Source of the DNA: Acidobacteriaceae bacterium
Lineage (GTDB): Bacteria > Acidobacteriota > Terriglobia > Terriglobales > Acidobacteriaceae
DNA: 64,000 nt
Direction of reading: 5' to 3'
Assembly: GCA_036267255.1 (NCBI GenBank)
Contig: DATAWK010000036.1
Span: 35,546-99,545 of the forward strand
Program-made: the position numbers and the translations under genes
Notes under the pieces: generated by a model
The model's input: only the letters and a program-made list of their open reading frames with translations
Told to the model about the DNA's origin: nothing
Databases searched by the model: none
Shown: positions 55,609 to 64,000 of the stretch, piece after piece
Layout: every line of letters starts with the position of its first letter
Numbering within the stretch: position 1 is the first letter of the stretch

Positions 55609-58600
55609 ATGATTCATCACGTCGTCCAGTTTGCGCTGCGGCAACGATTCCTGATCCTTCTGCTGGTGGCATTCATCGTTGTGGGTGGCTCGATCTCGTT
55701 CCACCACATGCCCGTGGATGCCTATCCCGATCTTTCTCCTCCGATGGTGGAAATCATTACCCAGTGGCCCGGACACGCTGCTGAAGAAGTCGAACGCCTG
55801 GTCACCGTTCCGACAGAAGTAGAAATGAACGGCGTCCCCAAGATGTCGATCATGCGTTCGATTTCTTTGTACGGACTTTCCGATGTCATCCTGACATTCG
55901 ATGAAGGCACCGACGATTATTTTGCGCGTCAGGTGGTTTTCCAGCGCTTGAGCGAAGTGGCATACCCAACCGGCGTAACACCCACGCTCGCGCCGCTCGC
56001 CAGCCCATCCGGTCTGGTCTATCGCTACGTTCTGGAAAGCCCGGACCGCACGCCGCAGGAGTTGAAAGTCTACGAAGACTGGGTCATCGAGCGCGAATAT
56101 AAACAGGTGCGCGGAGTTGCCGACGATTCCGGTTTCGGCGGCACCGTGATGCAGTATCAAGTGCTTCTGGACCCGGCACGACTGTATGCGTACCACATCA
56201 CGGTGCCGACCGTGCTGCAGCAGCTCGCCGTCAACAATTCCAATGCCGGAGGCGGATTCTATTCGCAAGGCGGACAAATCTACTATGTTCGCGGCCTCGG
56301 ACTGATCCGCGATATGACGGACATTGGCGACGTTGTGGTAGGCACGCAAAATGGCGTGCCGGTGCGTATCCGCGACATCGGCGACGTTGTCATCGGACAT
56401 GCCCCACGCCTGGGAGAATTTGGCTTCAACAAAACAGATGACGCTGTTGAAGGCGTCATTATGATGCTGCGCGGAGAGCAAACGCAGAACGTACTGAAAG
56501 GCGTCGAGGCAAAAACCAGGCAACTGAATGAACATATTCTGCCGCCCGACATCCGTGTCCGGCCCTACTACGACCGCAGCGATCTTGTTCAACTGACTAT
56601 CAGGACAGTCGAACACAACCTATTGCTGGGCATGGCCCTTGTCCTCGTCGTTTTGATGTTCTTCCTGGTGAGCATTCGCGCCGCCGTGATCGTCGCGCTC
56701 ACCATTCCTCTGGCTTTGCTCTTTTCGTTTATTTTTCTGCACGCGCAAGGCGTCGCTGCCAACCTGCTTTCAATCGGCGCCATTGATTTTGGAATTCTCA
56801 TTGACGGAACTCTGGTGATGGTGGAGAACGTCTTCCGCGAATTGGGTGCGCGCGAGGGCCAGAGCTACGACCTGCAGGAAGTGATCTTGTCGGCGGCAAA
56901 GGACGTCGATCGCCCCATTTTCTATTCTGTTGCGGTCATCATTGCCGGGTATCTGCCGATCTACGCGCTCGGTGGTCCGTCGGGAAAATTATTCAGGCCT
57001 ATGGCGGACACAGTGTCAATCGCATTGGTTGGAGCACTGATCTTAACGCTGACATTTGTTCCGGTGATGTGCGCCTACTGGTTCAAAAATGGCGTGCGCG
57101 AGCGCGTGAACAAGCCCTTCGAATGGGTGCGCGAAAAATATGCGGGAGAGCTCGACTGGTGTCTGGACCACCCAAAGATCACCATGCTTGTGGCCACCCT
57201 GATTTTTGCCGCCACAATGCTGCTGGTTCCTTTCATCGGTGGCGAGTTCATGCCGCATCTCGACGAAGGTGCGCTCTGGGTGCGCGCAACCATGCCATAC
57301 ACGGTCTCGTTTGAGGAAGCGAGCAAGTTCTCGCCGCAGGTTCGCAACATCCTGATGAAGTATCCCATGGTCACCGATGTCGGCTCCGAGCTGGGTCGCC
57401 CGGACGATGGCACGGACCCCACCGGGTTCTTCAACGACGAATTCTACGTTGGTCTGAAGCCTTACAACGATGCCACATGGAAGACCGGTTCCATCCACAA
57501 CAAGGCCGAACTGACCGCGGACATTCAGAACCAGCTGAAAGCATTTCCCGGAGTCATCTTCAATTACACGCAGCCCGCGGAAGACGCAGTGGATGAAGCG
57601 CTGACGGGACTGAAGAGCGCGCTCGCCGTAAAGATTTACGGCCCCGATCTGAACGTTTTGCAGAGCAAGGCACTGGAGATCAAGCGGCGTCTCGCGCACG
57701 TGCCGGGGTTCACGGAGCTGACGGTTGTGCGTGAGCTGGGCCAGCCCAGCCTGTTGATCGACGTGGATCGCGATAAGATTGCCCGCTACGGCATCAACGT
57801 TGCGGACGTGGAAGCAGTCGTGCAAGCTGCCGTCGGTGGTCAGGCGGCGACGCAGGTCATTCAAGGCGAGAAATTATTCGATCTCGTGGTGCGCATGAAG
57901 CCAGAGTTCCGCGAAAATGCGCAACAGATTGGCAACCTGCTCGTCGGAACGCCGACAGGTCAGCAGATTCCTCTCAGCCAACTGTCGAATATCCACGAGG
58001 CTGCTGGCGCATCGTTCATTTATCGCGAAAGCAATTCCCGATATATCGGCGTGCAGTACAGCATTGAGGGGCGCGACCTGCAGAGCGCCGTGCTCGCCGG
58101 TCAGCGATCCATCGCAGATATTGCAAAATCTCTGCCTCCCGGATATAGGCTTAGCTGGGGCGGCGAGTATGGCGAATTCCTTCAGGCGAAACACCAGATG
58201 GAATTTATCGGGCCACTTGCCGTGATTATCATTTTCATGATTTTGTTTGCGCTCTATGGCAATTTCAAATTCCCGGTGACCATTGCTCTCGGTGTTCTGT
58301 TGACCGAACCTGTAGGCGCCCTCATCGCTCTGAAGCTAACGCACACGCCGTTCAGCGTCTCATCGGCGCTCGGCTTGCTTGCACTGATGGGCGTGTCGGT
58401 CGAGACCGCTGTCATTCTTGTCTCCTACATCAACAAGCTGCGTCTCGAAAATAAAGACATCCGTACGGCGACCCGCGAGGCTTCTCTTTTGAGGCTGCGG
58501 CCTATCATGATGACGGCTCTGGTCGCTTGTCTTGGACTTCTGCCTGCAGCGCTTTCCACCGGGATCGGTTCCGATACGCAAAAGCCGTTTGCGATTGTCA

Positions 58601-58698
58601 TCGTCGCCGGCCTTATCTCGCGGCTCTTCCTCGGCTTCTTCGTCAATCCTGTGCTGTACGAGATGGTCGCACGCGAGGATGACGTGTTGCAGGTCTGA
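55609..58698 (+). CDS. czcA: Heavy-metal-efflux RND permease (CusA/CzcA family)
   Basis: 1029 aa with 12 TM helices. The HME-RND hallmarks are AIDFGILIDGTLVMVENVFR and the N-terminus ALRQRFLILLLV..GG...F..MPVDAYPD. Confidence 0.92.
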   Translation: MIHHVVQFALRQRFLILLLVAFIVVGGSISFHHMPVDAYPDLSPPMVEIITQWPGHAAEEVERLVTVPTEVEMNGVPKMSIMRSISLYGLSDVILTFDEGTDDYFARQVVFQRLSEVAYPTGVTPTLAPLASPSGLVYRYVLESPDRTPQELKVYEDWVIEREYKQVRGVADDSGFGGTVMQYQVLLDPARLYAYHITVPTVLQQLAVNNSNAGGGFYSQGGQIYYVRGLGLIRDMTDIGDVVVGTQNGVPVRIRDIGDVVIGHAPRLGEFGFNKTDDAVEGVIMMLRGEQTQNVLKGVEAKTRQLNEHILPPDIRVRPYYDRSDLVQLTIRTVEHNLLLGMALVLVVLMFFLVSIRAAVIVALTIPLALLFSFIFLHAQGVAANLLSIGAIDFGILIDGTLVMVENVFRELGAREGQSYDLQEVILSAAKDVDRPIFYSVAVIIAGYLPIYALGGPSGKLFRPMADTVSIALVGALILTLTFVPVMCAYWFKNGVRERVNKPFEWVREKYAGELDWCLDHPKITMLVATLIFAATMLLVPFIGGEFMPHLDEGALWVRATMPYTVSFEEASKFSPQVRNILMKYPMVTDVGSELGRPDDGTDPTGFFNDEFYVGLKPYNDATWKTGSIHNKAELTADIQNQLKAFPGVIFNYTQPAEDAVDEALTGLKSALAVKIYGPDLNVLQSKALEIKRRLAHVPGFTELTVVRELGQPSLLIDVDRDKIARYGINVADVEAVVQAAVGGQAATQVIQGEKLFDLVVRMKPEFRENAQQIGNLLVGTPTGQQIPLSQLSNIHEAAGASFIYRESNSRYIGVQYSIEGRDLQSAVLAGQRSIADIAKSLPPGYRLSWGGEYGEFLQAKHQMEFIGPLAVIIIFMILFALYGNFKFPVTIALGVLLTEPVGALIALKLTHTPFSVSSALGLLALMGVSVETAVILVSYINKLRLENKDIRTATREASLLRLRPIMMTALVACLGLLPAALSTGIGSDTQKPFAIVIVAGLISRLFLGFFVNPVLYEMVAREDDVLQV

Positions 58699-58776
58699 TC
58701 CTGGAAAGTTCCTGACTCGTTGCAGGAATCAAAACCCCGATATCCCTCGGTGTTGTATCCAGCGCGATCCCCGCAG

Positions 58777-61700
58777 CTAGTACGTGACCGTCAAGTGGAA
58801 CTTGGTGGCCTGTGTCATGGAGCCGGATGTCCCTGTAATCGTCACGGTATACGTACCCACCGGAACACTGGGGGAAGCCAGACCAGCGCATCCCGTCAGC
58901 CCACTCATCATGCCCAGCAGTCCCGTCACCATCAGCAACAGCAGCAGCGTATGTCGCATCTTACCCCGCAATTTCTTCCGCTCCAGGCCCAGAAAACCGC
59001 CCAGCAACATTCCCGGTAACCAGAAGATGGCCTCCGTTACCACGCCGCCGGTAGCGATATGGCTGGTCTGGTGCGTGATGATGCTGAACTGCGATGTCAT
59101 TGCCTGCCCGTTGCCGGTCAGCGTCACCGTCGATGGTGTAAATGCGCACGTAGCATTGGTGGGCAAGCCGCTGCAGCTCAGGCGGACCGCGCCGCTGTAG
59201 TTCCCTTGCGGTGTCACTGTAAAGGCAGCCGTGCCAGTCTGTCCTTGTTCCAGCACCAAAGAAGATGGATTGGCACTTACCGTAAAGCTCCCCGCACTTG
59301 CCGGAGGTGTGATGGTCAGGGTTCCGTCCACCACCGTTACGTTGTAGGAAGCCAGGTTCGTTCCCGTCACTGCCGGAATGATCGGATAGCTGCCCGCGCT
59401 GGAGCTCTGCGTCGCCGTTGTCGTAAAGCTCTCCGTGAATGTATCGCCATGCACCGCACCCGTTACGGTCCCGGTAAATACCGGGTTCGCCGTGCCGTAA
59501 ACGCGCGTGGCATTGGCAGCTGTCACCGTCAGTGGAGCCTGCAACACCGTGATATGCACTACGACAGGAGTAGCCGATTGATAGCTATTGCTGCCCACCG
59601 CATCCGCCTCCACCGCAACGGTTCCCGCTCCAGTAAGAATCAACGTATTGCCGCTGATTGTGCCGGGGCCGGAATCCACCTGGAAGGTAACCGGCAGACC
59701 TGAAGTAGATGTCGCCGACAGAACAATCGGCGCTGCGCCATACGTCACGCTCGCCGGTGGCGGGGTAAAGGTAATCGTCTGCGATAGCAGCGCAATATCA
59801 AAGGCCGTACTCGTTGCCGTCAGCGTTTGTGCCGGAGTCACTCCCGTCGGCGTTACCGTCACAGATGTCGCCAGCGTATCGCCTGCTCCAGCGGCATTCA
59901 CCTTCAGATTGCCGAAGCTGGCCACGCCGCCCACTGCCGTTTGTGTCAACGTTCCGCCCGGCGTGCCCGCGCCGTTGAAGGTCAGCGTAATAGGAACGCC
60001 GCTGACCGCATCCGTATTGTTGGGAGCAGAAAGATTGGTATTCGTTTCCAGCACCTCTGCGGTGACGGCGGGGGTAATGTTTGCGTTGACCAATGCATTG
60101 GTTGGCTGCTGCACAAACTGGACCGCGGTGTAATTCGTCTGCGCTGCGCCCAGATCGAGCTTGCCGCCGGTGGTGCGCGGAAATCCGCGTTCGTCGGCGG
60201 TGAGGCCCACGGGCAGCAGGGTTGCGTCACCGGCCTGAATGGCTGGGCTGCCCGGCAGGGGCAGCATGGTCTGGACGGTTGCGCCTGTGCCGTTGTAGGC
60301 CAGCGGAGCCAGAGCTGCCGCTCCGCCGGTCAGTATGGGGCCTACCGGGGTGCAGTTGTCGCAATCTCCAGGGGTATTGCCGGCTACGATGCTGTTGGTT
60401 ACCGTCAACGGAGTAATGAGATTGTTGAAAATTCCACCGCCGCCGACGCTATCCGTGTTGCCGTAAAAAGTGCTGTCGATCACGGCGGTCACGCCGTTCT
60501 CGGCCATGATGCCGCCCCCGGCAGCTCCACCCCCCGCGCTGTTGCCGAAGAAAGTGCTGTTGGTGACGATCAGCACATTTCCATTGCTGTATATTCCACC
60601 GGCGTGCAAGTTTGCGCTGTTTCCATTCAACGTGCTGCCGAATACCGTCAATGTGCCGAGGTTTTGTATGCCGCCGCCGCTCTGGATGGAGTAGTTATTG
60701 GAAACGGCACAATTGCTGATCGTGAGCGTACCGCTGTTGGTGATGCCGGCTTTCGAGCCGCTGCTGTTGGCGACGGTCAGCCCGGTCATTGCAACATTCG
60801 CTCCGGAATCCATGGTGAATCCATCTACGGCGTTATTGCCGGAGACGGTGATTTGGTTCGCGCCGGGACCGGCGATGTTCAGATTGCCGGTGATGTCCGG
60901 CAATGCGCTGGCCAGCGTAATGGTCCCGGTGAGTCCGGACTGAAAATCAATGTCTCCCGATCCGTCGCTGTTGGCCGTGGTCATGGCATTGCGCAGCGAG
61001 CCGCTACCACTGTCGTTCAGATTCGTAACCGTCAGATAGTTGGTCTGCACCGCGCCCAGATCGCTGGCCCCACTGGTCGAGCGCGTAAAGCCACGCTGGT
61101 CGGTAGCCAGCGTGCTGTTCAATCCTGCTTCAATCGCCGGGCTGCCGGGCAGCGGCATCATGGTCTCGGTCGTGCCACCGTTGTATTGCAGCGGGCCAAG
61201 GTCAGGCGTGCCGTCAATCAGGTTGTTCGCGCTTTGCGTACCGCAACTGTCACAATCATCTCCGGATGGCGTGTTGCCCGCAACAATGCTGTTGCTCAAC
61301 GTCACCGTGCCAACATTGTTGCTGATCCCGCCGCCTTCACTCGCGCTATTGCCCGTGAAGGTACTGTTGTTCACCGTCAATGGGCCCAGGGTTTCAATGC
61401 CGCCACCAGGACCGGTGACCGTATTACCGATAAAGGTGCTGTTGTTCACCGTCGCCGTTTCATAGTTATCAATCGCTGCCCCGCCAAAACTTGAGTTGCC
61501 GGTGAAGGTGCTGTCGTTGACTACAAGCGTACCTTCGTTGAAAATGGCGCCGCCGTATTCGCTGGTGGTGTTATCGGAGAAGACGCAATTTGTCACCGTC
61601 AATGTGCCCAGGCTGTAAATTGCGCCACCATCCGTCCCACTATTTGCGGTGCCCTTTCCGTTCGCGATGGTCAGCCCGGAGATGCTGACCGTAGAACCGC

Positions 61701-62016
61701 TGTTCACCAGGAACATCGTCGCAGCATGGTTGCCGGAGATGGTCAGCACGTTCGCCCCCGGCCCGGTGATCGTCACTCCATTGCCGATCGTCAGTGTGCC
61801 GTTGGTCAGGGTGATCGTCCCGATCACATTGGAAAACTGGATCGTGTCACCGTTTCCCGCTGTGTTCACCGCATAGCGCAGCGATCCGGTGTCGCTGGCA
61901 TTGTCCGTCAGGTCCGTCACGGTGTATGTCGTCGCATACGCCAGGGACGGCAGCAGGAACATCAGAGCGATCATGAAGAACGAAGTTTTAGAGAACTTGC
62001 GGCAAAAACGGGACAA
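58777..62016 (-). CDS. Giant secreted beta-helix protein: two choice-of-anchor-Q/Pmp-like modules + Ig-like repeats + MBG domain + unusual C-terminal membrane hairpin
   Basis: ORF 58777..62136. The likely start is TTG 62016 or ATG 61974, ahead of the signal peptide (SRFCRKFSKTSFF)MIALMFLLPSLAYA. GGAI(Y/F)N-type beta-helix repeats with DCDxC...GPLQYNGGTTETM...PGSPAIEAG occur twice. An MBG-like segment is VYGTANPVFTGTVTG...AGSYPI...YNVTVVDGTLTIT. Confidence 0.8.
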   Translation of the reverse strand: MSRFCRKFSKTSFFMIALMFLLPSLAYATTYTVTDLTDNASDTGSLRYAVNTAGNGDTIQFSNVIGTITLTNGTLTIGNGVTITGPGANVLTISGNHAATMFLVNSGSTVSISGLTIANGKGTANSGTDGGAIYSLGTLTVTNCVFSDNTTSEYGGAIFNEGTLVVNDSTFTGNSSFGGAAIDNYETATVNNSTFIGNTVTGPGGGIETLGPLTVNNSTFTGNSASEGGGISNNVGTVTLSNSIVAGNTPSGDDCDSCGTQSANNLIDGTPDLGPLQYNGGTTETMMPLPGSPAIEAGLNSTLATDQRGFTRSTSGASDLGAVQTNYLTVTNLNDSGSGSLRNAMTTANSDGSGDIDFQSGLTGTITLASALPDITGNLNIAGPGANQITVSGNNAVDGFTMDSGANVAMTGLTVANSSGSKAGITNSGTLTISNCAVSNNYSIQSGGGIQNLGTLTVFGSTLNGNSANLHAGGIYSNGNVLIVTNSTFFGNSAGGGAAGGGIMAENGVTAVIDSTFYGNTDSVGGGGIFNNLITPLTVTNSIVAGNTPGDCDNCTPVGPILTGGAAALAPLAYNGTGATVQTMLPLPGSPAIQAGDATLLPVGLTADERGFPRTTGGKLDLGAAQTNYTAVQFVQQPTNALVNANITPAVTAEVLETNTNLSAPNNTDAVSGVPITLTFNGAGTPGGTLTQTAVGGVASFGNLKVNAAGAGDTLATSVTVTPTGVTPAQTLTATSTAFDIALLSQTITFTPPPASVTYGAAPIVLSATSTSGLPVTFQVDSGPGTISGNTLILTGAGTVAVEADAVGSNSYQSATPVVVHITVLQAPLTVTAANATRVYGTANPVFTGTVTGAVHGDTFTESFTTTATQSSSAGSYPIIPAVTGTNLASYNVTVVDGTLTITPPASAGSFTVSANPSSLVLEQGQTGTAAFTVTPQGNYSGAVRLSCSGLPTNATCAFTPSTVTLTGNGQAMTSQFSIITHQTSHIATGGVVTEAIFWLPGMLLGGFLGLERKKLRGKMRHTLLLLLMVTGLLGMMSGLTGCAGLASPSVPVGTYTVTITGTSGSMTQATKFHLTVTY

Positions 62017-62273
62017 AACAAACGATGCCTTCGATGGCAGAATGAACAATGCGTTCACTGGCGACTCCCAGGGGGTTGGATTGCACAGTATTTGGGTGCC
62101 GTGGCCAGAGTGAATCGTGCGAGAATCACCAGCCAAGAGCAGAAAATCTGATCAAAAATTTCAGCGAGGTCTTCTACGGATTTCCATCCGTTCCATCAAG
62201 TTAGTTGATTCTGTGTTCTTTGGGAATAAAAATGTCTCGTCAAAAACGAACCCGGTTCCCACCAGGAGAATAC

Positions 62274-62876
62274 CTACTCCGGTACCTGCCAGTCGACCAT
62301 CGTTTGTGCCAGGGTTATCGTGCCGGAAGATGAACCGTGGATTGCTTTTGCCATGGCCGGAAAGGCGCGTTGCACCTCCGGAACCGTCGCCCAGACTGGA
62401 ACATCCTGCAGGGAGTAGTGATACGTCACCTGAGTTTCAGGAAAACCATGAGCCTTCACCGGCGGCGTAAAGCTGTCAATTTCAATGTGGCCGCGATAGC
62501 CATAACAAAACTTCGGCGCGAACCGCGCGCCCGCCGGCGTCAGAGTGTAGCGGTTGACATGAATGGTCAAATCCTCCACGCGCACCATCTGTTTCGCGCT
62601 TACCAGCGCATCCATCTGGCGGATTTTTACCGGGCTGCCCGTCGCATAGGGAAAATGCGGCGCATCTTCAAACAGGCAATCGGGATGCGTCTGGAAGTAG
62701 GTATCGAGCGTCTGGATAAAGTTTTCCTTTGTGGCCGCCGTCTTCGAATTGCAGCCCACAAGAGCAATCAGCAAAGCTCCAGCCACAGCGCCCATCGCAG
62801 CGATCCTGAATGTCGCAGTTCCTGCGCTTCCCCTGGCATGGCGTCTCTCGATACCGCTTCTCTTTGCACGTCTCAC
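62274..62876 (-). CDS. Lipoprotein, unknown function
   Basis: ORF 62274..63056 trimmed to GTG 62876, which is preceded by AGGGAG 5 nt upstream. The signal/lipobox is MGAVAGALLIALVGC. The longer ORF would overlap the neighbouring phosphatase gene. Confidence 0.6.
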   Translation of the reverse strand: MRRAKRSGIERRHARGSAGTATFRIAAMGAVAGALLIALVGCNSKTAATKENFIQTLDTYFQTHPDCLFEDAPHFPYATGSPVKIRQMDALVSAKQMVRVEDLTIHVNRYTLTPAGARFAPKFCYGYRGHIEIDSFTPPVKAHGFPETQVTYHYSLQDVPVWATVPEVQRAFPAMAKAIHGSSSGTITLAQTMVDWQVPE

Positions 62877-62974
62877 ATTCGCTCCCTTTTCAAGCCGTTT
62901 CTCGCATTGGATGCATATTTCAAGGGAAGCGCCCGGTGCTATCGTCACGCAAAGATGCCGCCTTCGTCTCAACC

Positions 62975-64000
62975 CTATATCGAAACGGCGACCGCCGAAG
63001 CCACAACCATCCGCGTGATCGATAACACGCTGATGTCGTCTTCCTGGCCGAAGCATTGCGCTTCGTGGGCGATCTCCCGTGCTGAGGGCTGCCGCGCCAG
63101 CAGCGCTGCCAGCCGGTCGAACCCATAGAGCTGGCCATCCTTCTCCCGGCGCGCCTCGACAATGCCATCGGACATCATCGTCAACGTATCGCCATCGTTC
63201 AGATGAAATCTCTCTGCGTCATATTTCGCGCCTGCCAGCATGCCCAGCGGCAGTGCGCCTTCCATCGTCATTTCATTCCCGTTCACCCACGGCGGTAAAT
63301 GCCCGGCGTTCGACACGGTCACGGTTCCGTCGGTATCCACACGCGCACAGACACAGGTAACAAAGCCGCTCTTCAAATTTCCAGTCAGCTCGCGGTTCAG
63401 GCGCTCCAGGATCTCTGCCGGTTCGATCGTCTCCTTGACAATGGCCCGCACCGCGCCCACGGCCATCGAGACCACCATCGCCGCCTGCAGGCCTTTGCCG
63501 CTCACATCGCCCAGCACGACGATCACTCCATCGGCGCTCACCGGAAGCACCTGATAGAAATCTCCACCTACCTGGCTGGCGGGAAGATACGTTCCCTCCA
63601 CGCGGTAGCCGGGCGTCTGCGGAATCTGCTCCGGCACCAGCAGCGATTGCACCGCCTGCGCCTGCTCCATCTCGTGCACCAGTTCCTGCTGATGCACCTG
63701 CGATCGCAGAAAGCGGCGCATCACCAGACCCAGTACCACCAGCGCCAGCACAAAATAAGCGATTGCAAGAATTCCTACGTGGATGCCGAGAGGAAAATAC
63801 TCAACCGGAATGCCCAGCACTTCCATGTCCATAGCGAACAGCGTGATGCCGAACAGTATGATCGCCGGCAATGCAATCCATCCCTCGGCACGATCCTGAC
63901 GAATGCCCCCTACGGTGACGCCAACCAGGAGCAGCGCGAAAGCAATGCGCAAAATCACGCTGCACAACCAGATGCCATGCGCCCACTCCGGCGGCACCAC
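62975..64000 (-). CDS. Membrane-anchored PP2C (SpoIIE-type) phosphatase, N-terminus outside the window
   Basis: The frame is open to the window edge. TM helices are followed by GGDFYQV, LGDVSGKGLQAAMVVSMA, SDGIVEA and EDDISVLSITR, the SpoIIE/PP2C motifs. Confidence 0.85.
   Translation of the reverse strand: MVPPEWAHGIWLCSVILRIAFALLLVGVTVGGIRQDRAEGWIALPAIILFGITLFAMDMEVLGIPVEYFPLGIHVGILAIAYFVLALVVLGLVMRRFLRSQVHQQELVHEMEQAQAVQSLLVPEQIPQTPGYRVEGTYLPASQVGGDFYQVLPVSADGVIVVLGDVSGKGLQAAMVVSMAVGAVRAIVKETIEPAEILERLNRELTGNLKSGFVTCVCARVDTDGTVTVSNAGHLPPWVNGNEMTMEGALPLGMLAGAKYDAERFHLNDGDTLTMMSDGIVEARREKDGQLYGFDRLAALLARQPSAREIAHEAQCFGQEDDISVLSITRMVVASAVAVSI

Noticed and set aside
62877-63056. Upstream 60 codons of ORF 62274..63056.
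   Set aside because: They would overlap the 3' end of the PP2C phosphatase gene and encode an Arg-rich non-signal sequence. GTG 62876, with AGGGAG 5 nt upstream, gives a proper lipoprotein signal.

Overview
High-GC chromosomal segment. The GroEL/GroES sequences, the many Sec/Tat-exported glycosidases and peptidases, and a giant choice-of-anchor-Q/MBG beta-helix protein suggest Acidobacteriota (Terriglobia-like); this is inference only. I can support about 47 protein-coding genes, one tRNA-Thr(CGU), a CIRCE operator, several intrinsic terminators and a few repeats. I see no rRNA, CRISPR array, IS element, integrase or prophage. Most of the window is housekeeping: groESL, a GlcNAc-utilisation trio (GH20 hexosaminidase, GlcNAc kinase, nagA), uvrD/pcrA, add, acnA, mntH, purD, gatB, nrdJ and a czcCBA-type metal efflux operon. 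The clearest accessory stretch is about 31.5-36.6 kb. It holds higB-higA with a DUF1810 gene 17 nt downstream (possible tripartite module), a head-to-head brnTA module with a 26-bp palindromic operator candidate, a GGDEF cyclase, and a 1.9-kb segment bracketed by a 76-bp duplication of the cyclase 3' end that carries a GT-C-like membrane protein gene. Other points worth a second look: the unusual C-terminal membrane-hairpin/lipobox/Ig tail of the 1079-aa beta-helix protein; a Tat-signal PLP aminotransferase; an amidase / orphan ABC ATPase / TSUP gene string; a structured nrdJ leader; an unlisted 51-aa highly basic ORF; 16-bp tandem repeats at a permease start; and a frameshifted YdeI-like gene relic. 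I found no self-evident complete novel system. The higBA-DUF1810 arrangement and the duplication-bracketed insertion are the best candidates. All functional calls rest on motif recognition by eye, with no database searches.
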